48,377 bases of DNA, from the NCBI GenBank assembly GCA_045658205.1, contig JAZOUM010000004.1:1-48377 (forward strand), read 5' to 3'. The position numbers and the translations under genes were made by a program. This stretch comes from Eubacteriales bacterium. GTDB lineage: Bacteria; Bacillota; Clostridia; Oscillospirales; CAG-272. Below are positions 8,003 to 17,271 of this stretch, one piece after another; the stretch's first letter is position 1, and each line of letters begins with the position of its first letter. The notes beneath the pieces were generated by a model that searched no databases, had not been told where the DNA came from, and worked only from the letters and a program-made list of their open reading frames with translations.

Positions 8003-8872
8003 ATGAAAAAGATTTTATCGCTCGTTCTTGTTATCGCAGTATTCTGCGCAACTATGCTTACATCGTGTTCACTTTTAAATTCTAACAACAGCAGTGATCC
8101 TGTTGCAAAAATAATTGACGTTAAGCTTACTGATGAAGAGTACGCATTTGTTTGTAAGAAGGGTAATACCGAGCTTGTTACAAGCTTCAATACCTTCCTT
8201 TCCGATCTTAAGGCAAAGGGACAGTTTGACATCCTTGTTAATAAGTACTTCAAGGGTGAAGGCGAGAAGGTAGGTTATACCGTTACTACCACAGACGTAG
8301 AGAACACCGCTGACAACCTCGTGGTCGTTACCAATTGCCCCTTCGAGCCCTTCGAATACATAGGTGATGATGGCAAGATCTACGGTCTTGATATAGAGAT
8401 TGCGGCGGCTTATGCAAATGCAAACAATCTTGAACTTGTAATCAAGAACATTGGCTTTGACGATATATTCACTCAGGTTGAGGCAGGATACGCGGATATA
8501 GGTATGGCGGGCATCACCGTTAGCGAGGATCGCGCTGCTATTTACGATTTCACTGACACATACTATGCGGCATCTCAGAAGATAATTGTTGCTGCTGACA
8601 ATACCGATTTTGATAATTGCGCTACTGCTGCTGACGTAGAGCTTATTCTTAAGTCGCTTTCTGATAAGAAGATCGGTTACCAGACCGGTACTACCGGCGG
8701 TATGTATATCAACGGCGATGCTGACTGGGGTTACGACGGATTCGCAAATATTACCGGTAAGGGATATGCTACTGCTCAGGACGCATTGCAGGATCTTATC
8801 AACGGCAATATCTACGCTGTAGTTGTTGACGAGGCTCCCGGCGCAGCTCTTGTAAACGCTGTAAATAACTGA
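8003..8872 (+). CDS. Polar amino-acid ABC transporter substrate-binding lipoprotein (family 3), circularly permuted
   Basis: Lipobox LTSC; motifs TNCPFEPFEY, GLDIEIA, AGITVSEDR, DFTDTYY, VVVDEAP; canonical C-terminal EEYAF..KKGN..L..KYF segment is at the N-terminus. Confidence 0.88.
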   Translation: MKKILSLVLVIAVFCATMLTSCSLLNSNNSSDPVAKIIDVKLTDEEYAFVCKKGNTELVTSFNTFLSDLKAKGQFDILVNKYFKGEGEKVGYTVTTTDVENTADNLVVVTNCPFEPFEYIGDDGKIYGLDIEIAAAYANANNLELVIKNIGFDDIFTQVEAGYADIGMAGITVSEDRAAIYDFTDTYYAASQKIIVAADNTDFDNCATAADVELILKSLSDKKIGYQTGTTGGMYINGDADWGYDGFANITGKGYATAQDALQDLINGNIYAVVVDEAPGAALVNAVNN

Positions 8873-8881
8873 TAGAAAAAT

Positions 8882-8916
8882 AAAACACCCACGGGCATAC
8901 CCCGTGGTGTGTTTTT
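8882..8916 (+). terminator. Intra-operon hairpin/partial terminator after SBP gene
   Basis: AAAACACCCACGGG-catac-CCCGTGGTGTGTTTTT. Confidence 0.7.
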
Positions 8917-8949
8917 GCGTAAAGATAAAGTAAAGAAAAGGAGTTAATA

Positions 8950-9696
8950 ATGAAGTGGGGAGTGAAAATTGAGAAGTTTCTCTCAACTATGGAGAGCGAA
9001 TACTTCCAAAAGCTTCTTTTGGACGGTCTTGTAAATACCGTCAAGGTTGCCGTTCTCGGATTGATAATAGGTATAATTATAGGTACTGTTATTGCGATAG
9101 CTAAGGTGGCGCCAAAGTACAAGCGTATCAATCGAATTCTTGATAAAATATGCTCTGTTTACGTAGCGATCTTCCGCGGTACGCCTATGGTAGTTCAGCT
9201 CTTGCTTGCATATTACGTGTTCCTTCCTTCTCTCGGTGTTAAGGATGTCAATTCACTTGCGGTAGGTATTGCTGTGTTTGGAATGAACAGCGGCGCTTAT
9301 GTTTCCGAGATAATGAGAGGCGGTCTCAATTCTGTAGATAAGGGACAGATGGAGGCGGGAAGAGCGCTCGGACTCAGCTATAGCACGACTATGATCAAGG
9401 TTGTTATTCCTCAGGCGATGAAGAATATATTGCCCACTCTTGGTAATGAGTTTATAACTCTTATTAAGGAAACGTCGGTGCTTAGCTTTATCACTGTTTA
9501 CGATCTTTACACTGCGCTCAGTACTATCGGAAGCAAAAACTACGAGAAGATGGTACCATATATAGTTATGGCGTTTATTTATATTATTCTCGTGCTTATG
9601 ATAACTTTACTTGTCAAATTGCTCGAAAATATGTTTGCCAAGAGCGATAAGAGTAGGGCAGGTAAAGGCAAAAAGATAAAGAAAGGAGCTAAATAA
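8950..9696 (+). CDS. Polar amino-acid ABC transporter permease (HisM/GlnP family)
   Basis: [33 protein letters not shown] (EAA loop), hydrophobic helices. Confidence 0.93.
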   Translation: MKWGVKIEKFLSTMESEYFQKLLLDGLVNTVKVAVLGLIIGIIIGTVIAIAKVAPKYKRINRILDKICSVYVAIFRGTPMVVQLLLAYYVFLPSLGVKDVNSLAVGIAVFGMNSGAYVSEIMRGGLNSVDKGQMEAGRALGLSYSTTMIKVVIPQAMKNILPTLGNEFITLIKETSVLSFITVYDLYTALSTIGSKNYEKMVPYIVMAFIYIILVLMITLLVKLLENMFAKSDKSRAGKGKKIKKGAK

Positions 9697-10538
9697 TGAG
9701 CGATAATTACGTTATTAGTGTAAAAGGACTCGAAAAGGTCTTTGAGGACGGAAACGCCGTGCTTCGCGGAATTGATCTTGACGTAAAAGAAGGCGAAAAG
9801 GTAGTTATCCTCGGCGCATCAGGCTCCGGTAAATCCACACTTTTGCGTTGCCTTAACTGCATGGAGGATCCTACGGGAGGATCAATATACTTTGACGGCG
9901 ATGATATCGCGGATATGAGTATAGATATAAATAAGCACCGTGAAAATATCGGTATGGTATTCCAGCAGTTCAATCTTTTCAATAATAAAACCGTAATTGA
10001 AAATATTATGATGGCGCCCGTACATATAGGTGTAAAAAAGCTTCGTGTAAAGAAGATCAAAAATCTTATTACTACAGTTACCAATCCTTTCAGAAAAGAA
10101 AAAAAGGCGCTTATCGAGATTGACACTACAGAGGCGCAAATCAAGAAGGACGCAAGAGATAATGCGTATGCGTTGCTTCAGAGAATCGGACTTGAGGAAA
10201 AGGCTGACGTTTATCCTTCAACTCTTTCCGGAGGTCAAAAGCAGAGAATTGCCATAGTAAGAGCTTTGGCTATGGATCCTAAGGTTATGCTTTTTGACGA
10301 GCCTACGTCGGCGCTCGATCCTGAGATGGTAGGCGAGGTTCTTGATCTTATCAAGCAACTTGCCAACGAGGGTATGACGATGGTTATAGTTACTCACGAG
10401 ATGCGATTTGCCCGCGTGGGTGCCGACCGTGTTATTTTTGTGGATGAGGGAACCATAAAGGAGGAGGGCACTCCTCAGGAGGTGTTTGGTAATCCCAAAA
10501 ACCCAAGGCTCCGCGAGTTCTTATCCAAGGTACTTTAA
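9696..10538 (+). CDS. Polar amino-acid ABC transporter ATP-binding protein (GlnQ family)
   Basis: [49 protein letters not shown]. Confidence 0.93.
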   Translation: MSDNYVISVKGLEKVFEDGNAVLRGIDLDVKEGEKVVILGASGSGKSTLLRCLNCMEDPTGGSIYFDGDDIADMSIDINKHRENIGMVFQQFNLFNNKTVIENIMMAPVHIGVKKLRVKKIKNLITTVTNPFRKEKKALIEIDTTEAQIKKDARDNAYALLQRIGLEEKADVYPSTLSGGQKQRIAIVRALAMDPKVMLFDEPTSALDPEMVGEVLDLIKQLANEGMTMVIVTHEMRFARVGADRVIFVDEGTIKEEGTPQEVFGNPKNPRLREFLSKVL

Positions 10539-10584
10539 TATCGCTACTTCAATATAGTGTGTTAAATTGTATAGTTTTTAACGA

Positions 10585-10623
10585 AATAAAAGACCGACTT
10601 GAATTTTAAGTCGGTCTTTTATT
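10585..10623. terminator. Bidirectional terminator
   Basis: AATAAAAGACCGACTT-gaatttt-AAGTCGGTCTTTTATT between convergent genes. Confidence 0.88.
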
Positions 10624-10635
10624 AATGCCATTGTT

Positions 10636-12312
10636 TTATACAAGCTTCGCCTTAATCATTTCATTGATTCTCTCGCGAATTGCAAGCATGGTTGCTTCAC
10701 TCTTTGCGCAGGTATCAAAGGCGAGCACCTCACCAAAGATCTTTTCAATTTCGGCAACTACCTCTGCCTTGGAGTATAGACTCTCGCAAAGCTTCATTGC
10801 TCGGATGTCCTGGAGCGCATCGTGGAATACTACTATTCTGAGAGACTCATATACCTTGCCGTGAGGCGCGGGATATACCGAGAAGGTATCTCCTGCGGGT
10901 ACCCAATGCTCACCGGAAACGTCGGTGAAGGGCTCGATCTCGTCAACAGAGAACTGGTTGTTGTAGAAGTTGAAGCCCCACTGAAGGAAGCCTACGATAT
11001 CATATTTGTACATCTGCATACCGATGGAACGGTTACGCCAGGAGGGCATAGATATAAGTCTGTTGGATACGTTGATACGCTGACCGCAACAGTAATATGT
11101 CCAAAGGTTCGGTACGTTGTTTTCGATGAAGTGCTTGATGTGATCGTTGCAGGGAATAGGAAGATCAACAATGCCCATCTTGAAGAACTCGTAGTCGGAT
11201 AGCGCGTCCATGATAACGTATCCCTCGAGAAGATCCTCTACCGAGTTTTTAGCCGCCTTGTAGGATTCAAGATGATTGATCTGAGGCTCGTCGGAAATGT
11301 GGAAGTAGCAGCGCTTGTCGTTGCCGTTCTTCTTCATGTGGTTAAGGAACTCGACAAGGAATGTGCGCAAGAAGGAAACGTATTCCTCGGATACTGCGTC
11401 GGTTTCCCAGCCGAATATCTTCTTGTATTCACCGTCAACGGTCGCCATAATCTTGGGCGCGTGCTTTGCTCCCCATTGTGTGAAGAGATGAGCAACCTCA
11501 AAGTACTTGATGCCTATACGGTCGCACATATCTACCCATCTGTCAAGAAGATCAAAGTTGAAGGAATATTTACCGTTTTCGAGTGTTACCCCAACAAGCT
11601 GTGTTGTGAGTCTTTCGCCGCCCTCCTGAGTGTCGAGCGGAGGAGTGAACACGGGCGTGAGAAGGAGGTTGATACCGTTCTTAACCGCTACATGTGCGAA
11701 GTTTTCGATGATCTGCCAATGCTTTTCGCTCCATACCTCTACGTCGTAGTAGTGTGCGAGAGAGTCGCAATGGAACCACTGTGTAAGCACCAGCTCCTGC
11801 TCGGGAAGGACTGCGTTTAAAAGATCAATGGTGAGATTTTCGGTACTCTTTACAACGCCGTTATCATCAACCATTTCTACAGTAAGAACTGTCTCTCCTG
11901 CCTCATTTGCGTCGGCGGGAACGGTAACGTCTATCCAAAGGGAGGTGGGGAAGGCGGTCTTAGCGATGGTCTTGCCGCCGTAGTGAAGAGGTCTCAATAC
12001 GTCGGGGTAAAGACCGGGCTCGGTACGCTCATAGTATTCGTCGGAGTCGCCTACAATGATAGGAAGCTCAACGCCTACGTTCTTTACCTCTCTTACGGTT
12101 ACGTACTTTGCAAGATCACCGGAAAACTTGGGTGTGAACATTTCTCTGTAGTTGTATATGCCGTCTCCCTCGTCCATCTCACGTATATGCACAAGCTGGA
12201 AGGAGATTCTCTCACCCTTAAGCATGGAGATTCTTTCAAGAGCGGTAAATTCATCGAGCTTGTTGTCGATAAACACTCTCGAAAGTGAAGAAATAAGTTT
12301 TGTCTTAAGCAT
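10636..12312 (-). CDS. DUF4091-containing glycoside hydrolase (GH123-like)
   Basis: HISDEP acidic pair, WTYYCC, GFLQWGFNFY, GDTFSVYP..ESLR..DALQD C-terminal signature; no signal peptide. Confidence 0.7.
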   Translation of the reverse strand: MLKTKLISSLSRVFIDNKLDEFTALERISMLKGERISFQLVHIREMDEGDGIYNYREMFTPKFSGDLAKYVTVREVKNVGVELPIIVGDSDEYYERTEPGLYPDVLRPLHYGGKTIAKTAFPTSLWIDVTVPADANEAGETVLTVEMVDDNGVVKSTENLTIDLLNAVLPEQELVLTQWFHCDSLAHYYDVEVWSEKHWQIIENFAHVAVKNGINLLLTPVFTPPLDTQEGGERLTTQLVGVTLENGKYSFNFDLLDRWVDMCDRIGIKYFEVAHLFTQWGAKHAPKIMATVDGEYKKIFGWETDAVSEEYVSFLRTFLVEFLNHMKKNGNDKRCYFHISDEPQINHLESYKAAKNSVEDLLEGYVIMDALSDYEFFKMGIVDLPIPCNDHIKHFIENNVPNLWTYYCCGQRINVSNRLISMPSWRNRSIGMQMYKYDIVGFLQWGFNFYNNQFSVDEIEPFTDVSGEHWVPAGDTFSVYPAPHGKVYESLRIVVFHDALQDIRAMKLCESLYSKAEVVAEIEKIFGEVLAFDTCAKSEATMLAIRERINEMIKAKLV

Positions 12313-12331
12313 TTTTTGTCACCTCGCGGTA

Positions 12332-13264
12332 TTAATATTGTTTTTCAAGTATTTCGATAAGCTTTTTGAAATTATCGGGTAGCTCACATTCAAAGGTCAT
12401 TCTTTCACCCGTTCTCGGATGAGTGAGCGAAAGTCTCTTTGCATGCAGTATCTGACCGTCAAATAGGGGGGCGTGCTGCTTTTCAAACACGGTTTTAGTG
12501 CTTGAATATACTTCGTCGCCGAGCAGAGCGTGTCCAAGATGTGACATGTGTACTCTTATCTGATGTGTTCTGCCGGTTTCAAGCTTCAGCTTTAAGTAGG
12601 TGATTTGACCGTAGGCCCTTATCACCTCGTAGTGAGTTACGGCGTCTTTTGCGCGCTCGTCGTTTTTTAGCACAGCCATCTTTTTTCTATCTACCGGGTG
12701 TCGTCCTATAGGTAGATCTACAGTTCCGCGCTCTTCCTTGAAGCCGCCTCGTACGAGCGCGTGATATTCTCTCTCAATGCCGTGATATCCAAGCTCCTCC
12801 GAGAGCGCTCGGTGAGATTGGTCGTTTTTTGCCACTACCAAAAGCCCGGAGGTATCCTTGTCTATTCTATGTACTATACCCGGGCGCATAACGCCTCCGA
12901 TACCGGATAAACTCTCCTTGCAGTGATATAAAAGAGCGTTAACAAGCGTACCCGTGTAATTTCCGGGAGCGGGATGCACAACCATTCCCGAGGGTTTGTT
13001 GATAACTATGATGTCAGAGTCCTCATATATCACGTCCAAGGGTATGTTCTCGGGCGCCGCCTCATATTCCTCCGCTTCGGGCACGGTAAGGTCTACCTCG
13101 TCCTTTGACTTGAGCTGGTATTTTTTCTCGACGGTTTTTCCGTTAACTGTTACCGAGCCGCCTTCGATGAGCTTTGCCGCGGCGCTTCTTGACACGTCAG
13201 CGTATTCCGCAAGATAGGCGTCGAGACGTTTGCCGGCGTCCCCGTCCTTTACGGTGTATATCAT
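12332..13264 (-). CDS. rluD: RluA-family 23S rRNA pseudouridine synthase
   Basis: N-terminal S4 domain, NKPSGMVVHP, catalytic HRIDKDTSG, LETGRTHQIRVH; next to lspA. Confidence 0.92.
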   Translation of the reverse strand: MIYTVKDGDAGKRLDAYLAEYADVSRSAAAKLIEGGSVTVNGKTVEKKYQLKSKDEVDLTVPEAEEYEAAPENIPLDVIYEDSDIIVINKPSGMVVHPAPGNYTGTLVNALLYHCKESLSGIGGVMRPGIVHRIDKDTSGLLVVAKNDQSHRALSEELGYHGIEREYHALVRGGFKEERGTVDLPIGRHPVDRKKMAVLKNDERAKDAVTHYEVIRAYGQITYLKLKLETGRTHQIRVHMSHLGHALLGDEVYSSTKTVFEKQHAPLFDGQILHAKRLSLTHPRTGERMTFECELPDNFKKLIEILEKQY

Positions 13265-13818
13265 CCCTCGGATCCCTCTTTTTTACTCATCGCTTTTTTC
13301 TCGGCTTCTTTTCTTGCCTCTTCCTTCATCTCAAGTATGAGAGCGAGGATAAGCAGACCTGCTCCTACGCATACGAAGGAGTCGGCGCCGTTAAATACCG
13401 CAAAGTTGATGAGTCTGAAATCGATAAAGTCTACTACATAACGAAGCGCTACGCGGTCTATCATATTGCCTATTCCTCCGGACACAAGCATACTGAGCGC
13501 GATGCCGGAAAGCTTGGATTCAGCGTGGCCGAGGAAAAGATACGCAAGCATAGCTACTATGGATACTACCGATACCGTGTTAAATACCCACGGCGCATTC
13601 TTCAACATACCAAAGGCGGCGCCGGTATTTTCCACGTAAGTCAGGTTAAGCACCTCTACGCTTCCGAATTTTATAAGGGACACACTTCCCACGGGTATGA
13701 GGTACTTTACTGCGAGAAGCTTGGTTATCTGGTCGATTATTACGCCGCCTGCGAGAATTGCGAAGTACATAATGTAATCGGCGAGGGTTCTTTTCTTAAA
13801 TAAATCTTGAAGTTTCAT
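13261..13818 (-). CDS. lspA: Lipoprotein signal peptidase II
   Basis: DQITK, NTGAAFG, GGIGNMIDR, VVDFI, FNGADS motifs. Confidence 0.95.
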   Translation of the reverse strand: MKLQDLFKKRTLADYIMYFAILAGGVIIDQITKLLAVKYLIPVGSVSLIKFGSVEVLNLTYVENTGAAFGMLKNAPWVFNTVSVVSIVAMLAYLFLGHAESKLSGIALSMLVSGGIGNMIDRVALRYVVDFIDFRLINFAVFNGADSFVCVGAGLLILALILEMKEEARKEAEKKAMSKKEGSEG

Positions 13819-13836
13819 TTATATATCCAAATTAAA

Positions 13837-14130
13837 TTAAATTATCGGTAAAAAGCCTTGAAGTATCGCGATGGTCAGATATGCTATAAAAAACGGCGCG
13901 TCAATAGGCGTTCCTGTGAACCAATTGAATTTGGCGCACAAATATCTGAAGGGCGTAACGAATATCTCGGTTACCGTATATGTGAAAATGTAAAACTTGT
14001 TGTTCTCAGCTTTAAATGACGTCATTTGCGATGCGATCTGCATAATGACTCTCGCGAACATTGCCAAAGAGATCGCGCTAAGCATAAGTGAGATGACCTT
14101 TGCGATCACGTAAAAAATAGTTTGTATCAT
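13837..14130 (-). CDS. YggT/YlmG family membrane protein
   Basis: Small hydrophobic protein with VTE..VTPFR and PID.PF motifs, downstream of sepF. Confidence 0.8.
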   Translation of the reverse strand: MIQTIFYVIAKVISLMLSAISLAMFARVIMQIASQMTSFKAENNKFYIFTYTVTEIFVTPFRYLCAKFNWFTGTPIDAPFFIAYLTIAILQGFLPII

Positions 14131-14149
14131 TTCTTTTCCTTATATCGAA

Positions 14150-14188
14150 AGTTCCGTACCTTAAGAAAAGACTTGTCGGCACGGAACT
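14150..14188 (-). other. Intergenic hairpin between sepF and yggT
   Basis: AGTTCCGTGCC...GGTACGGAACT inverted repeat with short T run. Confidence 0.5.
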
Positions 14189-14222
14189 GTGATGATTATT
14201 TTCCGACTTCTCGCTGTGTATT

Positions 14223-14621
14223 TTACATATCGGAGATGTCTACGTCGCTATGGGGGGTGATTATGAAGGTGCTGGGAGCAACTCTCTTGATCTCACCGTC
14301 CTGACAGTAGGTTACACCGTTAAGGAAGTCGAGCATTCTGAAGATTACCTGCTTATCGAGAGCCTCTACGTTGAGAACAACGGTGCAGCCTGCGATGAGA
14401 TTGTCTGCTACGGTTCTTACCTCCTCGTAGGACTCGGGACGGATAACCTTAAGCTCAACTCCGCCGGAGCGAGTCTCAGCAGGCTTCTGCGCGGGCGCTT
14501 CTACAGCGGGCTGCTGGGGTGCTATTATTTCTGCTCTCTGAGTCTGCTCAAAGGGCTTGAATTCCATTTCATCCTTTTCGGGCTCTTTCTTTGCGAACTT
14601 TTCCATAAATTTTTCAAACAT
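14223..14621 (-). CDS. sepF: Cell division protein SepF
   Basis: PESYEE..VAD.L, VVLNVE, RMLDFLNG, FIITP core; follows yggS. Confidence 0.9.
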   Translation of the reverse strand: MFEKFMEKFAKKEPEKDEMEFKPFEQTQRAEIIAPQQPAVEAPAQKPAETRSGGVELKVIRPESYEEVRTVADNLIAGCTVVLNVEALDKQVIFRMLDFLNGVTYCQDGEIKRVAPSTFIITPHSDVDISDM

Positions 14622-14626
14622 CTGAT

Positions 14627-15328
14627 TTATCTCCCTTCGTTTTTATCAAAAAGTTTTCTTCCGACTCGTACTAACGTCGAGCCTTCTTCTATAGCTACGG
14701 CATAGCTTTCGCTCATACCCATGGAGAGTATGCCGTCACCGTCAAAGCCGTAGCGATTGCTTATTCTGTCAAAAATTTCCTTGGTAAGCCTGAAGTATGG
14801 GCGCAGATCCTCTGCGTCGGTCAGCGCGGGACCCATGGTCATGATTCCTCTGACGGATATGCCGTCAAGCTCACGCACCTTAAGGAATAGTTCCTCTGTG
14901 TTCTCGGGCGCGACACCACCCTTGCAGTCTTCCTTGGCGCTGTTTATCTCAATGAGAACGGGTACGGTTATACCAAGCCTTACAGCCTGTCTGCTTATTT
15001 CCTCGGCAAGCTCGTACTTCCCGACGGAATGTATCAAGGAAGCTTCGTTTATTACAAGCTTTACCTTGTTGCGCTGGAGATTGCCTATTTCGTGAAATCT
15101 TGGCGCGTATCCAAGTTCTCTTAACAAAGCGGCGCGTCTTGCGACCTCTCCCGGTCGGTTTTCTCCTATGTCGGTTACTCCGGCTTTGGCGAGAGCTATA
15201 AGCTCCTCGTCGCTTCCGCTCTTGGTTACCGCTACGAGAGTGATGGATCTTGAGTATTTTTTCTCATACTCCTCGATCTCTTCGATCAATTTCTCGTAAT
15301 TTTTTCTTATATATCCGTATTCGCCCAT
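14627..15328 (-). CDS. yggS: YggS/YlmE pyridoxal phosphate homeostasis protein
   Basis: LVAVTK (PLP lysine), IGENR, IGNLQRNK, LSMGMS, GSTLVRVGR. Confidence 0.93.
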   Translation of the reverse strand: MGEYGYIRKNYEKLIEEIEEYEKKYSRSITLVAVTKSGSDEELIALAKAGVTDIGENRPGEVARRAALLRELGYAPRFHEIGNLQRNKVKLVINEASLIHSVGKYELAEEISRQAVRLGITVPVLIEINSAKEDCKGGVAPENTEELFLKVRELDGISVRGIMTMGPALTDAEDLRPYFRLTKEIFDRISNRYGFDGDGILSMGMSESYAVAIEEGSTLVRVGRKLFDKNEGR

Positions 15329-15374
15329 CTCGTTTTACCTTTCGGGTATGACAGAACATACTTTTCTATTCAAT

Positions 15375-15403
15375 ATTATAACAAAGTATTTTAATCTTTT
15401 CAA
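15375..15403 (-). promoter_or_regulatory. Sigma-A promoter of yggS operon
   Basis: TTGAAA-17 bp-TATAAT with extended TGn. Confidence 0.7.
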
Positions 15404-15447
15404 GTATTTTCGCGCATTTTATTTTTAATTTTATAAGGCAAATTCAC

Positions 15448-15476
15448 TTGACAAAATCTCTCGCGTATATTATACT
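15448..15476 (+). promoter_or_regulatory. Sigma-A promoter of mrnC-hisS
   Basis: TTGACA-17 bp-TATACT. Confidence 0.75.
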
Positions 15477-15510
15477 TAAATAATAATACATTGTTTTAGG
15501 AGATACGGCT

Positions 15511-15918
15511 TTGCACGATAAAATACTCGGAGCGTCGCTCCCCTCCACACAGGCTCTCGCCTATCTCGGTGATGCAGCGTATTCTTTGTACGTCAGACGT
15601 ATGCTTGTTGCCAAAGGACTTACTAAGGCAAAGGATCTTAACCGAGAGACGCTTAAATACGTTACTGCAGAGGCACAGGCGGCTATGTACAGGAGAATAG
15701 AAAATATGCTTCTCGACGATGAGAGGGAGGTATTCAGACGCGCGGCAAACTCAACGCATCTGAATAAGCCTAAGCATGCCAGCGTGACCGATTACAGATA
15801 CGCAACAGGATTTGAGGCGCTCATCGGTATGCTCGCGTGGATAAAGGATGACGAAAGAATAGAGCAATTATTGAACGAAGCTCATAAGGAGAACATTGAA
15901 AATGATACAGAAAATTAA
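15511..15918 (+). CDS. mrnC: Mini-ribonuclease III
   Basis: LAYLGDA, YVTAEAQA, YRYATGFEALIG; TTG start with AGGAG RBS. Confidence 0.9.
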   Translation: MHDKILGASLPSTQALAYLGDAAYSLYVRRMLVAKGLTKAKDLNRETLKYVTAEAQAAMYRRIENMLLDDEREVFRRAANSTHLNKPKHASVTDYRYATGFEALIGMLAWIKDDERIEQLLNEAHKENIENDTEN

Positions 15919-17143
15919 AGGTACTATGGATATACTTCCCAACGAAACGCCCCTGTTCAGATACATAGAGGGTGTAATGCGTGAGGAGGCTGAAAAATAC
16001 GGCTACGGTGAGATTCGTACCCCTACCTTTGAAAATACAGAGCTTTTCGTGCGTGGCGTTGGCGACACCACTGACGTTGTGCAGAAAGAAATGTATACCT
16101 TCGCCGATAGAGATGAGAACCGTTCTATTTCTCTTCGTCCCGAGGGTACCGCATCGGTGGCGAGAGCTATTATCGAAAACGGCAGATGCTCGGATCCGAT
16201 GCCTCTCAAATATTATTACATCATGTCTTGCTTCCGTCATGAGAAGCCTCAGGCGGGACGTAGCCGTGAGTTCTTCCAGTTCGGTACGGAGATGTTCGGA
16301 TCCGAGAGCCCTGCGGCGGATGCTACCGCTATCGCTCTTGCGGCATCTGTTCTCACAAGACTTGGTCTTACAAACGTAACGCTCCATTTGAACTCCATAG
16401 GCTGTAAGAATTGCAGACCTAATTACAGAGCTGCTCTTGTTGAGCATTTTGAAAAGGATAAGGAAAAGCTCTGCGATACATGTAAGAGCAGACTTGATAA
16501 GAATCCTTTAAGACTTCTTGACTGTAAGAATCCGGATTGCGCCGCTATTGCCGCTGGCGCTCCGAGAACCATTGATCATCTTTGCGAGGACTGTAGCTCT
16601 AAGTTTGACATTCTTTGCAAGGCGCTTGACGCGATGAACATTAAGTATGTCGTTGACTCTAAGATCGTAAGAGGTCTTGATTACTACACGGGCGCCGTGT
16701 TTGAGTTCGTTGCAGAGGGTATCGGCGCTCAGTCTACCGTTTGCGGCGGTGGAAGATACGACGGACTCGTTGAGTCCTTGGGAGGACCAAAGCTTTCCGG
16801 TATCGGATTTGGTATGGGCATTACAAGACTTATTCTTGCTATGAGAGAGCTTGGTATTGCGGACGTTGCTATTCCTACTCCCGATCTTTATATTGCGGCC
16901 CTTGGCGACCGAGCTACTATCGAGGCTCTCGCAATTACTGAAAGACTTCGTCGCGACGGCAGATACGTTGAATGCGACATAGTTGGCAGAAGTCTTAAGG
17001 CGCAAATGAAGTACGCGAATAAAATAGGCGCTAAGTACACTCTTATTATCGGCGACTCCGAGATAGATGCGGGTGTAGCGCAGCTTAAGAATATGGCAGA
17101 CGGCTCACAGACCGAGGTAGAGCTAAACTCGTTCACACTTTGA
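15902..17143 (+). CDS. hisS: Histidine--tRNA ligase
   Basis: KGTMD, LRPEGTA, FRHEKPQAGR.REF.Q, VRGLDYY, GGGRYDGL; ATG 15902 with AGGAG. Confidence 0.97.
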   Translation: MIQKIKGTMDILPNETPLFRYIEGVMREEAEKYGYGEIRTPTFENTELFVRGVGDTTDVVQKEMYTFADRDENRSISLRPEGTASVARAIIENGRCSDPMPLKYYYIMSCFRHEKPQAGRSREFFQFGTEMFGSESPAADATAIALAASVLTRLGLTNVTLHLNSIGCKNCRPNYRAALVEHFEKDKEKLCDTCKSRLDKNPLRLLDCKNPDCAAIAAGAPRTIDHLCEDCSSKFDILCKALDAMNIKYVVDSKIVRGLDYYTGAVFEFVAEGIGAQSTVCGGGRYDGLVESLGGPKLSGIGFGMGITRLILAMRELGIADVAIPTPDLYIAALGDRATIEALAITERLRRDGRYVECDIVGRSLKAQMKYANKIGAKYTLIIGDSEIDAGVAQLKNMADGSQTEVELNSFTL

Positions 17144-17193
17144 TTTTTGCAGCTGTCGGCGCGGATCGTGTTCGACTTAGGTTGACATTGACT

Positions 17194-17230
17194 ATCCCGA
17201 GGTCGTCTGATCGGCTTCGGGATTTTCTTT
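17194..17230 (+). terminator. Terminator after hisS
   Basis: ATCCCGAGGTCG-loop-CGGCTTCGGGAT then TTTCTTT. Confidence 0.6.
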
Positions 17231-17271
17231 AGAAATATATGATGGGCTCGTAGGAGCACGGAAGGTGAAAA

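Noticed and set aside
8075-8986. 303-aa antisense ORF over the SBP gene
   Set aside because: Shadow frame of a codon-biased gene; no recognisable motifs. The same applies to 17293-18243, 35418-36287, 33925-34650 and 44004-44693.
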